Source of the DNA: a virus
Lineage: Duplodnaviria > Heunggongvirae > Uroviricota > Caudoviricetes
Virus record (IMG/VR): IMGVR_UViG_2537561603_000003
Location: 1-41,597 of that record
Length of the DNA: 41,597 nt
Reading direction: 5' to 3' (one strand)
The position numbers were made by a program, and so were the translations under genes. This document shows positions 9,848 through 19,702 of the stretch, one piece after another. The first letter of the stretch is position 1, and each line of letters begins with the position of its first letter. The notes beneath the pieces were generated by a model. The model was not told where the DNA came from. It saw only the letters and a list, made by a program, of their open reading frames with translations, and did no database searches.

Positions 9848-10141
9848 ATGGTTCGTGCAAACAAACGCAACGAGGCTCTACGAATCGAGAGTGCGTTGCT
9901 TAACAAAATCGCAATGCTTGGAACTGAGAAGACAGCGGAAGCTGTGGGAGTTGATAAGTCGCAGATCAGCAGGTGGAAGAGAGACTGGATTCCAAAGTTC
10001 TCAATGCTGCTTGCTGTTCTTGAATGGGGTGTCGTTGACGACGACATGGCTCGATTGGCGCGACAAGTTGCTGCGATTCTCACCAATAAAAAACGCCCGG
10101 CGGCAACCGAGCGTTCTGAACAAATCCAGATGGAGTTCTGA
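9848..10141 (+). CDS. cII: Transcriptional activator cII
   Basis: 97-aa product MVRANKRNEALRIESALLNKIAMLGTEKTAEAVGVDKSQISRWKRDWIPKFSMLLAVLEWGVVDDDMARLARQV... matches lambda cII; ATG at 9848. Confidence 0.9.
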   Translation: MVRANKRNEALRIESALLNKIAMLGTEKTAEAVGVDKSQISRWKRDWIPKFSMLLAVLEWGVVDDDMARLARQVAAILTNKKRPAATERSEQIQMEF

Positions 10142-10160
10142 GGTCATTACTGGATCAATC
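10084..10160 (-). ncRNA. oop: oop antisense RNA
   Basis: The complement of about 10084-10160 matches the lambda oop RNA as recalled (...ccagtaatgacctcagaactccatctggatttgttcagaacgctcggttgccgccgggcgttttttatt), including the terminal hairpin and U run at 10085-10104. Confidence 0.55.
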
Positions 10161-10173
10161 CACAGGAGTCATT

Positions 10174-11073
10174 ATGACAAATACAGCAAAAATACTCAAC
10201 TTCTGCAGAGGTAACTTTGCCAAACAGGAGCGTAATGTGGCAGATCTCGATGATGGTTACGCCAGACTATCAAATATGCTGCTTGAGGCTTATTCAGGCG
10301 CAGATCTGACCAAGCGACAGTTTAAAGTGCTGCTTGCCATTCTGCGTAAAACCTATGGGTGGAATAAACCAATGGACAGAATCACCGATTCTCAACTTAG
10401 CGAGATTACAAAGTTACCCGTCAAACGGTGCAATGAAGCCAAGTTAGAACTCGTCAGAATGAATATTATCAAGCAACAATGCGGCATGTTTGGACCAAAT
10501 AAAAACATCTCAGAATGGTGCATCCCTCAAAACGAGGGAAAATCCCCTAAAACGAGGGATAAAACATCCCTCAAATTGGGGGATTGCTATCCCTCAAAAC
10601 AGGGGGACACAAAAGACACTAATACAAAAGAAAAAAGAAAAGATTATTCGTCAGAGAATTCTGGCGAATCCTCTGACCAGCCAGAAAACGATCTTTCTGT
10701 GGTGAAACCGGATGCTGCAATTCAGAGCGGCAGCAAGTGGGGGACAGCAGAAGACCTGACCGCCGCAGAGTGGATGTTTGACATGGTGAAGACCATCGCA
10801 CCATCAGCCAGAAAACCGAATTTTGCAGGGTGGGCTAACGATATCCGCCTGATGCGTGAACGTGATGGACGTAACCACCGCGACATGTGCGTGCTGTTCC
10901 GCTGGGCATGCCAGGACAACTTCTGGTCCGGTAACGTGCTGAGTCCGGCTAAACTCCGCGACAAGTGGACCCAGCTCGAAATCAACCGTAACAAGCAACA
11001 GGCAGTCGTGACAGCCAGCAAACCAAAACTCGACCTGACAAACACAGACTGGATTTACGGGGTGGATCTATGA
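10174..11073 (+). CDS. O: Replication initiator O
   Basis: 299-aa product MTNTAKILNFCRGNFAKQERNVADLDDGYARLSNMLLEAYSGADLTKRQFKVLLAILRKTYGWNKP matches lambda O. Confidence 0.95.
   Translation: MTNTAKILNFCRGNFAKQERNVADLDDGYARLSNMLLEAYSGADLTKRQFKVLLAILRKTYGWNKPMDRITDSQLSEITKLPVKRCNEAKLELVRMNIIKQQCGMFGPNKNISEWCIPQNEGKSPKTRDKTSLKLGDCYPSKQGDTKDTNTKEKRKDYSSENSGESSDQPENDLSVVKPDAAIQSGSKWGTAEDLTAAEWMFDMVKTIAPSARKPNFAGWANDIRLMRERDGRNHRDMCVLFRWACQDNFWSGNVLSPAKLRDKWTQLEINRNKQQAVVTASKPKLDLTNTDWIYGVDL
10521..10650. repeat. Lambda-type replication origin (four iterons plus AT-rich tract) inside O
   Basis: Four tandem iterons of about 19-24 bp (catccctcaaaacgaggga, aaatcccctaaaacgaggga, ...atccctcaaattggggga, ...atccctcaaaacaggggga) followed by an A/T-rich stretch at 10608-10650. 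Confidence 0.8.
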
Positions 11074-11771
11074 AAAACATCGCCGCACAGATGGTTAACT
11101 TTGACCGTGAGCAGATGCGTCGGATCGCCAACAACATGCCGGAACAGTACGACGAAAAGCCGCAGGTACAGCAGGTAGCGCAGATCATCAACGGTGTGTT
11201 CAGCCAGTTACTGGCAACTTTCCCGGCGAGCCTGGCTAACCGTGACCAGAACGAACTGAACGAAATCCGCCGCCAGTGGGTTCTGGCTTTCCGGGAAAAC
11301 GGGATCACCACAATGGAACAGGTTAACGCAGGAATGCGCGTAGCCCGTCGGCAGAATCGACCATTTCTGCCATCACCCGGGCAGTTTGTTGCATGGTGCC
11401 GGGAAGAAGCATCCGTTATCGCCGGACTGCCAAACGTCAGCGAGCTGGTTGATATGGTTTACGAGTATTGCCGGAAGCGTGGCCTGTATCCGGATGCAGA
11501 GTCTTATCCGTGGAAATCGAACGCGCACTACTGGCTGGTTACCAACCTGTACCAGAACATGCGGGCCAATGCGCTGACTGACGCGGAATTACGACGCAAG
11601 GCTGCCGATGAACTGACCTGTATGACAGCGCGAATTAACCGTGGTGAGACGATACCTGAACCAGTAAAACAACTTCCTGTCATGGGCGGCAGGCCTCTAA
11701 ATCGTGTTCAGGCGCTGGCGAAGATCGCAGAAATTAAAGCTAAGTTCGGACTGAAAGGAGCAAGTCTATGA
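11070..11771 (+). CDS. P: Replication protein P (helicase loader)
   Basis: 233-aa product MKNIAAQMVNFDREQMRRIANNMPEQYDEKPQVQQVAQIINGVFSQLLATFPASLANRDQNELNEI matches lambda P; ATGA overlap with the O stop. Confidence 0.95.
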   Translation: MKNIAAQMVNFDREQMRRIANNMPEQYDEKPQVQQVAQIINGVFSQLLATFPASLANRDQNELNEIRRQWVLAFRENGITTMEQVNAGMRVARRQNRPFLPSPGQFVAWCREEASVIAGLPNVSELVDMVYEYCRKRGLYPDAESYPWKSNAHYWLVTNLYQNMRANALTDAELRRKAADELTCMTARINRGETIPEPVKQLPVMGGRPLNRVQALAKIAEIKAKFGLKGASL

Positions 11772-12058
11772 CGGGCAAAGAAGCAATTATTCATTATCTG
11801 GAGACGCACAAGAGCTTCTGTGCGCCGGACGTTGCCGCACTAACAGGCGCAACAGTAACCAGCATAAATCAGGCCGCGGCTAAAATGGCACGGGCAGGTC
11901 TTCTGGTTATCGAAGGTAAGGTCTGGCGAACGGTGTATTACCGGTTCGCTACCAGAGAAGAACGGGAAGGAAAGGTGAGCACGAACCTGATTTTTAAGGA
12001 GTGTCGCCAGAGTGCCGCGATGAAACGGGTATTGGCGGTATATGGAGTTAAAAGATGA
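11768..12058 (+). CDS. ren: Ren protein
   Basis: 96-aa product MTGKEAIIHYLETHKSFCAPDVAALTGATVTSINQAAAKMARAGLLVIEGKVWRTVYY matches lambda Ren. Confidence 0.85.
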   Translation: MTGKEAIIHYLETHKSFCAPDVAALTGATVTSINQAAAKMARAGLLVIEGKVWRTVYYRFATREEREGKVSTNLIFKECRQSAAMKRVLAVYGVKR

Positions 12059-12083
12059 CCATCTACATCACTGAGCTAATAAC

Positions 12084-12114
12084 AGGCCTGCAGGTAATCG
12101 CAGGCCTTTTTATT
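12084..12114 (+). terminator. Intrinsic terminator (tR2-like)
   Basis: aggcctgc (12084-12091) / gcaggcct (12100-12107) 8-bp stem, followed by ttttatt. Confidence 0.6.
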
Positions 12115-12131
12115 TGGGGGAGAGGGTAGTC

Positions 12132-12572
12132 ATGAAAAAACTAACCTTTGAAATTCGATCTCCGGCACATCAGCAAAACGCTATTCACGCAGTACAGCAA
12201 ATCCTTCCAGACCCAACCAAACCAATCGTAGTAACCATTCAGGAACGCAACCGCAGCTTAGACCAGAATCGAAAGCTTTGGGCTTGCCTTGGTGACGTCT
12301 CTCGTCAGGTTGAATGGCATGGTCGCTGGCTGGATGCAGAAAGCTGGAAGTGCGTTTTTACAGCAGCATTAAAGCAGCAGGACGTTGTTCCTAACCTTGC
12401 CGGGAATGGCTTTGTGGTAATAGGCCAGTCAACCAGCAGGATGCGTGTAAACGAATTTGCGGAGCTATTAGAGCTTATACAGGCATTCGGTACAGAGCGT
12501 GGCGTTAAGTGGTCAGACGAAGCGCGACTGGCTCTCGAATGGAAAGCGCGATGGGGAGATCGGGCTGCATGA
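12132..12572 (+). CDS. ninB: NinB recombination protein
   Basis: Product MKKLTFEIRSPAHQQNAIHAVQQILPDPTKPIVVTIQERNRSLDQNRKLWACLGDVSRQVEWHGRWLD matches lambda NinB; ATG at 12132. Confidence 0.85.
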   Translation: MKKLTFEIRSPAHQQNAIHAVQQILPDPTKPIVVTIQERNRSLDQNRKLWACLGDVSRQVEWHGRWLDAESWKCVFTAALKQQDVVPNLAGNGFVVIGQSTSRMRVNEFAELLELIQAFGTERGVKWSDEARLALEWKARWGDRAA

Positions 12573-13096
12573 CTATCAAATCAAATACGCCAGCACACGA
12601 CAAGGACTGCTGGCAAACGCCGCTTTGGCTTTTTGATGCACTGGATATTGAGTTTGGATTCTGGCTGGATTCGGCAGCGAGCGACAAAAATGCTCTGTGC
12701 GCTCACTGGTTAACTGAGGCCGACGACGCGCTAAATTCTGAGTGGATAAGCCACGGTGCAATCTGGAATAACCCACCGTACAGCAATATCAGGCCGTGGG
12801 TGGAAAAAGCCGCTGAGCAGTGCATACAACAGCGACAGACGATAGTGATGCTTGTGCCAGAGGATATGTCTGTCGGATGGTTCAGCAAGGCTCTGGAGAG
12901 TATTGACGAAGTTCGCATCATTACTGATGGACGGATTAATTTTATCGAACCATCGACAGGGCTGGAGAAGAAGGGAAACAGCAAAGGTTCCATGCTGCTG
13001 ATTTGGCGACCGTTCATCAGTCCTCGACGGATGTTTACTACCGTATCCAAAGCGGCATTGATGGCGATCGGGCAGGGCGTCAGGAGGGCAGAATGA
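12569..13096 (+). CDS. Phage DNA N6-adenine methyltransferase (Dam-like), in place of ninC
   Basis: 175-aa product with the N6-adenine MTase motif IV (WNNPPYS) and the [12 protein letters not shown]-region typical of the phage Dam family; ATG at 12569 overlaps the ninB stop (ATGA). Confidence 0.8.
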   Translation: MTIKSNTPAHDKDCWQTPLWLFDALDIEFGFWLDSAASDKNALCAHWLTEADDALNSEWISHGAIWNNPPYSNIRPWVEKAAEQCIQQRQTIVMLVPEDMSVGWFSKALESIDEVRIITDGRINFIEPSTGLEKKGNSKGSMLLIWRPFISPRRMFTTVSKAALMAIGQGVRRAE

Positions 13097-13275
13097 GACG
13101 ACAGCGACGAAGCATCACCGACATAATCTGCGAAAACTGCAAATACCTTCCAACGAAACGCTCCAGAAATAAACGCAAGCCAATCCCAAAAGAATCTGAC
13201 GTAAAAACCTTCAACTACACGGCTCACCTGTGGGGTATCCGGTGGCTAAGACATCGTGCGAGGAATACAAGGTGA
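13093..13275 (+). CDS. ninE: NinE-like protein
   Basis: 60-aa product [60 protein letters not shown]; ATG at 13093 overlaps the methyltransferase stop. Confidence 0.65.
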   Translation: MRRQRRSITDIICENCKYLPTKRSRNKRKPIPKESDVKTFNYTAHLWGIRWLRHRARNTR

Positions 13276-13442
13276 TTGACCCAAATCGAAGTTACGAACA
13301 AGAAAGCGTCGAGCGGGTTTTAACGTGCGCTAATTGCGGTCAGAAGCTGCATGTGCTGGAAGTTCACGTGTGTGGGCACTGCTGTGCAGAGCTGATGAGC
13401 GATTCGAATAGCTCGATGCACGAGGAAGAAGATGATGGCTAA
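13272..13442 (+). CDS. ninF: NinF-like zinc-binding protein
   Basis: GTG at 13272 overlaps the ninE stop (GTGA); product ...[55 protein letters not shown]. Start is uncertain (the track uses the GTG at 13230). Confidence 0.5.
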   Translation: MIDPNRSYEQESVERVLTCANCGQKLHVLEVHVCGHCCAELMSDSNSSMHEEEDDG

Positions 13443-14046
13443 ACCAGCGCGAAGACGATGTAAAAACGATGAATGTCGGGAATGGTTTCACCCTGCATTC
13501 GCTAATCAGTGGTGGTGCTCTCTAGAGTGTGGAACCAAGATAGCACTCGAACGACGAAGTAAAGAACGCGAAAAAGCGGAAAAAGCAGCAGAGAAGAAAC
13601 GACGACGAGAGGAGCAGAAACAGAAAGATAAACTTAAGATTCGAAAACTCGCCTTAAAGCCCCGCAGTTACTGGATTAAACAAGCCCAACAAGCCGTAAA
13701 CGCCTTCATCAGAGAAAGAGATCGCGACTTACCATGTATCTCGTGCGGAACGCTCACGTCTGCTCAGTGGGATGCCGGACATTACCGGACAACTGCTGCG
13801 GCACCTCAACTCCGATTTGATGAACGCAATATTCACAAGCAATGCGTGGTGTGCAACCAGCACAAAAGCGGAAATCTCGTTCCGTATCGCGTCGAACTGA
13901 TTAGCCGCATCGGGCAGGAAGCAGTAGACGAAATCGAATCAAACCATAACCGCCATCGCTGGACTGTCGAAGAGTGCAAGGCGATCAAGGAAGAGTACCA
14001 ACAGAAACTTAAAAAACTGCGAAATAGCAGAAGTGAGGCTGCATGA
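13432..14046 (+). CDS. ninG: NinG recombination protein
   Basis: 204-aa product [42 protein letters not shown]... matches lambda NinG. Confidence 0.85.
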   Translation: MMAKPARRRCKNDECREWFHPAFANQWWCSLECGTKIALERRSKEREKAEKAAEKKRRREEQKQKDKLKIRKLALKPRSYWIKQAQQAVNAFIRERDRDLPCISCGTLTSAQWDAGHYRTTAAAPQLRFDERNIHKQCVVCNQHKSGNLVPYRVELISRIGQEAVDEIESNHNRHRWTVEECKAIKEEYQQKLKKLRNSRSEAA

Positions 14047-14708
14047 ATATCTACGAAAGAATTGATGGCAGCAAATACCGAAATATTTGGGTAGCTGGCG
14101 ACCTGCACGGATGCTACACGAACCTGATGAACAAACTGGATACGATTGGATTCGACAACAAAAAAGACCTGCTCATCTCGGTTGGCGATTTGGTTGATCG
14201 CGGTACAGAGAACGTCGAATGTCTGGAATTAATCACATTCCCCTGGTTCAGAGCTGTACGTGGAAACCATGAGCAAATGATGATTGATGGCTTATCAGAG
14301 CGTGGAAACGTTAATCACTGGCTGCTTAATGGCGGTGGCTGGTTCTTCAATCTCGATTACGACAAAGAGATTCTGGCTAAAGCTCTTGCCCATAAAGCAG
14401 AAGAACTTCCGTTAATCATCGAACTGGTGAGCAAAGATAAAAAATATGTCATTTGCCACGCCGATTATCCTTGTAACGAATACGAATTTGGAAAGCCAGT
14501 TGATCCTCAGCAGGTAATCTGGAACCGCGAACGAATCGGCAACTCACAAGACGGGATCGTGAAAGAAATTAAAGGCGCGGACACGTTCATCTTTGGTCAT
14601 ACGCCAGCAGTGAAACCACTCAAATTTGCCAACCAGATGTATATCGATACCGGCGCAGTGTTCTGCGGAAACCTCACATTGATTCAGGTACAGGGAGAAG
14701 TCGCATGA
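14043..14708 (+). CDS. ninI: Ser/Thr protein phosphatase (lambda NinI type)
   Basis: 221-aa product with calcineurin-like phosphoesterase motifs (GDLHG, GDLVDRG, GNHE), matching lambda NinI; it directly follows ninG, so no ninH is present. Confidence 0.9.
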   Translation: MNIYERIDGSKYRNIWVAGDLHGCYTNLMNKLDTIGFDNKKDLLISVGDLVDRGTENVECLELITFPWFRAVRGNHEQMMIDGLSERGNVNHWLLNGGGWFFNLDYDKEILAKALAHKAEELPLIIELVSKDKKYVICHADYPCNEYEFGKPVDPQQVIWNRERIGNSQDGIVKEIKGADTFIFGHTPAVKPLKFANQMYIDTGAVFCGNLTLIQVQGEVA

Positions 14709-15328
14709 GACTCGAAAGCGTAGCTAAATTTCATTCGCCAAAAAGCCCGATGATGAGTGACTCACCACGGGCCACGGCTTCTGACTCTCTTTCCGGTACT
14801 GATGTGATGGCTGCTATGGGGATGGCTCAATCACAAGCAGGATTCGGAATGGCTGCATTCTGCGGTAAGCATGAACTCGGCCAGAACGACAAACAAAAGG
14901 CTATCAACTATCTGATGCAATTTGCACACAAGGTATCGGGGAAATACCGTTGCGTTGCAAAGCTTGAAGGAAATACTAAGGCAAAGGTACTGCAAGTGCT
15001 CGCAACATTCGCTTATGCGGATTATTGCCGTAGTGCTGCGACGCCGGGAGCAAGATGCAGAGATTGCCACGGTACAGGCCGTGCGGTTGATATAGCAAAA
15101 ACAGAGCAGTGGGGGAGAGTTGTTGAGAAAGAGTGCGGAAGATGTAAAGGCGTCGGTTATTCAAGGATGCCTGCAAGCGCCGCATATCGCGCTGTAACGA
15201 TGCTAATGCCAAACCTCACCCAACCCACCTGGTCACGCACTGTTAAGCCGCTGTATGACGCTCTGGTGGTGCAATGCCACAAAGAAGAGTCAATCGCAGA
15301 CAACATTTTGAATGCGGTCACACGTTAG
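14705..15328 (+). CDS. Q: Late antiterminator Q
   Basis: 207-aa product [69 protein letters not shown] matches lambda Q. Confidence 0.9.
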   Translation: MRLESVAKFHSPKSPMMSDSPRATASDSLSGTDVMAAMGMAQSQAGFGMAAFCGKHELGQNDKQKAINYLMQFAHKVSGKYRCVAKLEGNTKAKVLQVLATFAYADYCRSAATPGARCRDCHGTGRAVDIAKTEQWGRVVEKECGRCKGVGYSRMPASAAYRAVTMLMPNLTQPTWSRTVKPLYDALVVQCHKEESIADNILNAVTR

Positions 15329-15370
15329 CACCATGATTGCCACGGATGGCAACATATTAACGGCATGATA

Positions 15371-15399
15371 TTGACTTTTTGAATAAACTTGGGTAAATT
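15371..15399 (+). promoter_or_regulatory. Late promoter pR-prime with qut region
   Basis: -35 ttgact (15371-15376) and -10 taaatt (15394-15399) with 17-bp spacing; the flanking sequence matches lambda pR-prime as recalled. Confidence 0.7.
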
Positions 15400-15405
15400 T
15401 GACCA

Positions 15406-15598
15406 AACGATGGGTTAATTCGCTCGTTGTGGTAGTGAGATGAAAAGAGGCGGCGCTTACTACCGATTCCGCCTAGTTGGTCACTTCGACGTATCGTCTG
15501 GAACTCCAACCATCGCAGGCTGAGAGGTCTGTAAAATGCAATCCCGAAACAGTTCGCAGGTAATAGTTAGAGCCTGCATAACGGTTTCGGGATTTTTT
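15406..15598 (+). ncRNA. Lambda 6S-like short late leader transcript (pR-prime to tR-prime)
   Basis: Inferred from the promoter and terminator positions and from the lambda paradigm; start and end are approximate. Confidence 0.45.
15540..15598 (+). terminator. tR-prime intrinsic terminator
   Basis: Long hairpin aatcccgaaac...gtttcgggatt followed by ttttttat. Confidence 0.75.
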
Positions 15599-15996
15599 AT
15601 ATCTGTGTAACAGGTAAGAGCATTCTCCCTTATGGGGCTTGGCTTAAATGTATTGAGTGCTCTTTCCGTTGTGCTGAACTAAGCGAATACCGGAAGCAGA
15701 ACCGGATCACCAAATGTGTACAGGCGTCATCGCCGCCCAGCAACAGCACAACCCAAACTGAGCCGTAGCCACTGGCTATCCTGAATTCATCAGTGATAGT
15801 TACGCTGCGGCCTTCTAAACATGACCTTCGTGAAAGCGGGTGGCAAGAGGCTGCGCTAACAACCGCATGCCGTTTTGTCCGTGCATATCGGTCACGAACA
15901 AATCTGATTACTAAACACAGTAGCCTGGATTTGTTCTATCAGTAATCGACCTTATTCCTAATTAAATAGAGCAAATCCCCTTATTGGGGCTAAGAC

Positions 15997-16320
15997 ATGA
16001 AGATGCCAGAAAAACATGACCTGTTAGCCACCATTCTCGCGGCAAAGGAACAAGGCATCGGGGCAATCCTTGCGTTTGCAATGGCGTACCTTCGCGGCAG
16101 ATATAATGGCGGTGCGTTTACAAAAACAGTAATCGACGCAACGATGTGCGCCATTATCGCCTGGTTCATTCGTGACCTTCTCGACTTCGCCGGACTAAGT
16201 AGCAATCTCGCTTATATAACGAGCGTGTTCATCGGCTACATCGGTACTGACTCGATAGGTTCGCTTATCAAACGCTTCGCTGCTAAAAAAGCCGGAGTAG
16301 AAGATGGTGGAAATCAATAA
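15997..16320 (+). CDS. S: Holin S (S107 with S105 dual start)
   Basis: Product [67 protein letters not shown] matches lambda S; Met1-Lys2-Met3 dual-start motif. Confidence 0.9.
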   Translation: MKMPEKHDLLATILAAKEQGIGAILAFAMAYLRGRYNGGAFTKTVIDATMCAIIAWFIRDLLDFAGLSSNLAYITSVFIGYIGTDSIGSLIKRFAAKKAGVEDGGNQ

Positions 16321-16780
16321 TCAACGTAAGGCGTTCCTCGATATGCTGGCGTGGTCAGAGGGAACTGATAATGGACGACAGAAAACCAGAAATCATGGTT
16401 ATGACGTCATTGTTGGCGGAGAGCTATTCACTGATTACTCCGATCACCCTCGCAAACTTGTCACGCTAAACCCAAAACTCAAATCAACAGCCGCCGGACG
16501 TTACCAACTTCTTTCCCGTTGGTGGGATGCCTATCGCAAGCAGCTTGGCCTGAAAGACTTCTCTCCGAAAAGCCAGGACGCTGTTGCACTGCAGCAGATT
16601 AAGGAGCGTGGCGCTTTACCTATGATTGATCGCGGTGATATCCGTCAGGCAATCGACCGTTGCAGTAATATCTGGGCTTCACTTCCGGGGGCTGGTTATG
16701 GTCAGTTCGAGCATAAGGCTGACAGCCTGATTGCAAAATTCAAAGAAGCAGGCGGAACGGTCAGAGAGATTGAGGTATGA
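16304..16780 (+). CDS. R: Endolysin R (lytic transglycosylase)
   Basis: 158-aa product [58 protein letters not shown] matches lambda R. Confidence 0.9.
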   Translation: MVEINNQRKAFLDMLAWSEGTDNGRQKTRNHGYDVIVGGELFTDYSDHPRKLVTLNPKLKSTAAGRYQLLSRWWDAYRKQLGLKDFSPKSQDAVALQQIKERGALPMIDRGDIRQAIDRCSNIWASLPGAGYGQFEHKADSLIAKFKEAGGTVREIEV

Positions 16781-17244
16781 GCAGAGTAACCGCGATTATC
16801 TCCGCTCTGGTTATCTGCATCATCGTCTGCCTGTCATGGGCTGTTAATCATTACCGTGATAACGCCATGACCTACAAAGAGCAGCGCGATAAAAAAGTCA
16901 GTGAGCTGAAGCAGGCGACTGCCACCATTACTGACATGCAGCAGCGCCAGCGTACTGCTGATGCACTCGATGCTAAATACACGAAGGAGTTAGCTGATGC
17001 GAAAGCTGAAAATGATGCTCTTCGGCGCAAGCTTGATAATGGTGGTAGGGTGCTCGTCAAAGGAAAATGCCCTGTGCCATCCTCAGCCGAAACCTCCAGC
17101 GCCTCCGGCATGGGCAATGATGCCTCCGTCGAACTCTCTCCAGTTGCTGGACGAAACGTTCTCGGTATCCGGGACGGAATCATCAGCGACCAAACAGCAC
17201 TGAGAACGCTTCAGGAATATATCAGGACACAATGCCTTCGATGA
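16777..17244 (+). CDS. Rz: i-spanin Rz
   Basis: 155-aa product [30 protein letters not shown]... with an N-terminal TM segment and a coiled-coil body; lambda Rz-like. Confidence 0.85.
   Translation: MSRVTAIISALVICIIVCLSWAVNHYRDNAMTYKEQRDKKVSELKQATATITDMQQRQRTADALDAKYTKELADAKAENDALRRKLDNGGRVLVKGKCPVPSSAETSSASGMGNDASVELSPVAGRNVLGIRDGIISDQTALRTLQEYIRTQCLR
16997..17203 (+). CDS. Rz1: o-spanin Rz1 (lipoprotein), embedded in Rz in the +1 frame
   Basis: Product [21 protein letters not shown]... has a lipobox (VVGC) and a Pro-rich segment ([11 protein letters not shown]), like lambda Rz1. Confidence 0.7.
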   Translation: MRKLKMMLFGASLIMVVGCSSKENALCHPQPKPPAPPAWAMMPPSNSLQLLDETFSVSGTESSATKQH

Positions 17245-17419
17245 TAGCGATAATTTTTACTCATCATCCTTCACATTTGGCTCTGTAGACAGGATGGTGA
17301 TCACTTTTGGAGTGAATCCAGATTAAACATCTCATTGCTGATGCTTGATATTGAGCATCTTGCGCACGGTAAGGGGCTGCGTTGAAATAAGAGCCAGTCA
17401 TTACAAATACCAGGATTTT

Positions 17420-17443
17420 GCCTCGCATTCGCGGGGCTTTTTT
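17420..17443 (+). terminator. Putative intrinsic terminator downstream of the lysis cassette
   Basis: 7-bp stem (gcctcgc / gcggggc, one G-U pair) with loop auuc, followed by a 6-T run at 17438-17443. Confidence 0.45.
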
Positions 17444-17587
17444 ACATCTGAATTTCACCGCGCATCTCACGCGCATATTAACGAGAGCCTTTCAGTAAGC
17501 GAGCCTGAGAAATGCCGTTATAGGTGGCGACCTCTCTCGGGCGGCTTTTCTGTGAGACAGGCTCACTTTCTAAAAGGTAAAGACGCT

Positions 17588-18112
17588 ATGAATAATCCGT
17601 CAGTTATTCCGGCCTTTGACTTCCGAGAAATGGTGCAAGCTAAAAACGGAGAGGTCGTTACCACATCCAGAAAAGTTGCTACGTACTTCGGAAAGCGACA
17701 CGGTGATGTGCTCAGGAAAATCGAGCAGGTTAAGGCCGATTGCTCAAGAGAGTTTAGCCAACGCAATTTTGCGTCGGCTGATTATATCGATGAGCAGGGT
17801 AAGGTTCGCCCGATGTATAGCCTGACGAAAGATGGCTGGATCATGGTTGTTATGGGATTCACCGGGAAAGCTGCTGCGGCTATCAAAGAAAGCTACATTT
17901 CAGCGTTCAACTGGATGTCTGAGCAACTTAGCCGTCGCCTGGCCATGGGTGAAGAAATGCAGCACCGCTACGCCATCAAAGAAACGCGCTCAAAGTTGAA
18001 GGGAACGATCGGTAGCCGGTTGATGAATGAGCGGAAGAAAGAGAAGCGCGTTCTTGAGCTCGAGCATGAGCACATCATGCAGGTGACGCAGCCAGAATTG
18101 CTGATTGGCTGA
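17588..18112 (+). CDS. Rha-family phage regulatory protein
   Basis: Product MNNPSVIPAFDFREMVQAKNGEVVTTSRKVATYFGKRHGDVLRKIEQ... has the N-terminal Rha signature; ATG at 17588 with an AAGG-type RBS. The track ORF is extended upstream. Confidence 0.7.
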   Translation: MNNPSVIPAFDFREMVQAKNGEVVTTSRKVATYFGKRHGDVLRKIEQVKADCSREFSQRNFASADYIDEQGKVRPMYSLTKDGWIMVVMGFTGKAAAAIKESYISAFNWMSEQLSRRLAMGEEMQHRYAIKETRSKLKGTIGSRLMNERKKEKRVLELEHEHIMQVTQPELLIG

Positions 18113-18178
18113 TTGACATTACAGAAACTCTTCACTGAGGTGCTTGGACAATGGCGCACCTAACGATGCGCCTAAAAC

Positions 18179-18439
18179 TCAACCCCTGTTGAAATTCTCT
18201 TTTGCTTCATTAATGAGATCTGAAGCGATCCGAAAGCTATTAGGGTTGGAATTGCTAATCAAACCTTTAACTGTTTCTTCTAATTCAATCAGCGCCTGAT
18301 TGCTGTGCGCAGACCTTGCAACGTTAGTCAATAAGGCAACCAAAATTGCCTCATGGGCAATGGCATGTTCTTTATCAGTTGTTTCTATGCGAAGCGGGCT
18401 GTTGGATGATCGTAGGCTTGTTTGGTTGAACGAAGACAT
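18179..18439 (-). CDS. Hypothetical 86-aa protein
   Basis: ATG at 18437-18439 with a strong AGGAGG RBS (complement of 18443-18448); predicted helical; no family recognised. Confidence 0.5.
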   Translation of the reverse strand: MSSFNQTSLRSSNSPLRIETTDKEHAIAHEAILVALLTNVARSAHSNQALIELEETVKGLISNSNPNSFRIASDLINEAKENFNRG

Positions 18440-18492
18440 TCTTCCTCCTATATGTCATTGGTAATTTTAACCGCCTTTGAAGGTATAACACT

Positions 18493-18699
18493 ATGTCCGA
18501 CATCTACCAAATCACGCTAACCACCCAAACAGGCGAAACCTTCACTGGCAAGATGTCACGACGTCAGCATGAGCTGGTTAATGGCTTTGTGCCGCTGGCG
18601 ACCGAGACAGGCGAGTAGCTGTACTTTGCTCCTGGTGATGCGAAGCGCGTGCAGTTCACGCCAGTAGCGGCAGGACAGACAGAGCAAACGACGGAGTAA
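18493..18699 (+). pseudogene. Small ORF interrupted by an in-frame amber codon
   Basis: ATG at 18493, 41 sense codons (MSDIYQITLTTQTGETFTGKMSRRQHELVNGFVPLATETGE), TAG at 18616-18618, then 26 more in-frame sense codons to TAA at 18697-18699. Confidence 0.3.
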
Positions 18700-18796
18700 C
18701 CTATGGCTAACGATGGCGAGCCTAGGTAATGTCCGCCAATTATCTTTCCCGACTCTGGCAACTGGCATCCATGAGCCTTTTTACATATGCTGAGTA

Positions 18797-19702
18797 TTAA
18801 CTGATATATCCATGAGCTTTGAGATAATTTTCCGCAATAATTATACCTACTGGATTGATGACTAGTGAGTCAAGTTCTGTAAGGGTTGAAATACCAAAAG
18901 AGTCGAGAACTAATTTTGTAGCTGGGAATGCTTCATAAAATGATGCATCAGATGTAAGAGTGTCATAACCCGTTCTTTTTGATAATAACTCTAAGTAATT
19001 GATATTATATATTTTATCTGAGAAAAATACGCCTTTAATTTCTAATAGCTGCTGATTTAGGCGTTTGAGGGTGAAATGTTCTCCAAGAAATTTTATATAA
19101 TCTGTTTCATAAACAGCATACATTGACCTATGGATCATGTAATTTTCTTCCAAGGAAATGTTAGGTAGTGAAAAATGAGTACTTTTTTTCTCTGCAAGTT
19201 CTGTGATATTTATACTTCCTATCATCTTATTGATTGAACGTAAAAAATATACAAATGCCAAAAACTTAATATCATTAGTGGTCAGTCTGGATGTTGTATC
19301 TAACGCTTGATCGATCAAAATGCTTTGGTCTTCTTGATCGTTTTCAATTTTAGTAACTATTAACTCCTTAAGAAGTTCTGATTTTGCATCAAACCCCTTT
19401 CTTGCGACCTGAACGACTGCTTGATTGAGGGTGTACTGAATATCGGGATCAGCGAGTTTTGCTCTTAGTTTTTCATCAACATCTTTAGATAGTTTTTCTG
19501 CAATTTGGTGACCAAATTCTTGAGCCCGTGAGTCGACTAAAGCGAATGCATCTTCACGAAGCGAAGCCATTTCACTTTTGACCATTAACTGGCAAATAGC
19601 CATGACCTCAGTAGTGGTGTTGCCAAAGTAGGCATCACCTGTAACTTGTATAGCTGAGGAGTTATCACCCACACTTTGACCGGATTTCTCGAATAAGCTC
19701 AT
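18797..19702 (-). CDS. Hypothetical 301-aa protein of the antisense accessory island
   Basis: ATG at 19700-19702 overlaps the stop of the upstream membrane-protein gene (ATGA); AT-rich by eye; no motif recognised. Confidence 0.6.
   Translation of the reverse strand: MSLFEKSGQSVGDNSSAIQVTGDAYFGNTTTEVMAICQLMVKSEMASLREDAFALVDSRAQEFGHQIAEKLSKDVDEKLRAKLADPDIQYTLNQAVVQVARKGFDAKSELLKELIVTKIENDQEDQSILIDQALDTTSRLTTNDIKFLAFVYFLRSINKMIGSINITELAEKKSTHFSLPNISLEENYMIHRSMYAVYETDYIKFLGEHFTLKRLNQQLLEIKGVFFSDKIYNINYLELLSKRTGYDTLTSDASFYEAFPATKLVLDSFGISTLTELDSLVINPVGIIIAENYLKAHGYIS

Noticed and set aside
17264-17476. 70-aa minus-strand ORF between Rz and Rha
   Set aside because: No RBS, Arg/Cys-rich low-complexity translation, and it overlaps a plus-strand terminator and the Rha promoter region; likely non-coding.
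17523-17534. cosN-like 12-mer ggtggcgacctc, close to lambda GGGCGGCGACCT
   Set aside because: Imperfect match, no adjacent cosB or Nu1-type gene, and the terminase here is not lambda-type; at most a recombination relic.
18153-18172. 6-bp GC hairpin between the convergent Rha and 86-aa genes
   Set aside because: No U or A tract on either side, so not a canonical intrinsic terminator.
18556-18768. Two overlapping minus-strand ORFs (70 and 65 aa) antisense to the amber-interrupted ORF
   Set aside because: No RBS and poor codon character; they occupy the same DNA as a plus-strand frame with a better start context.
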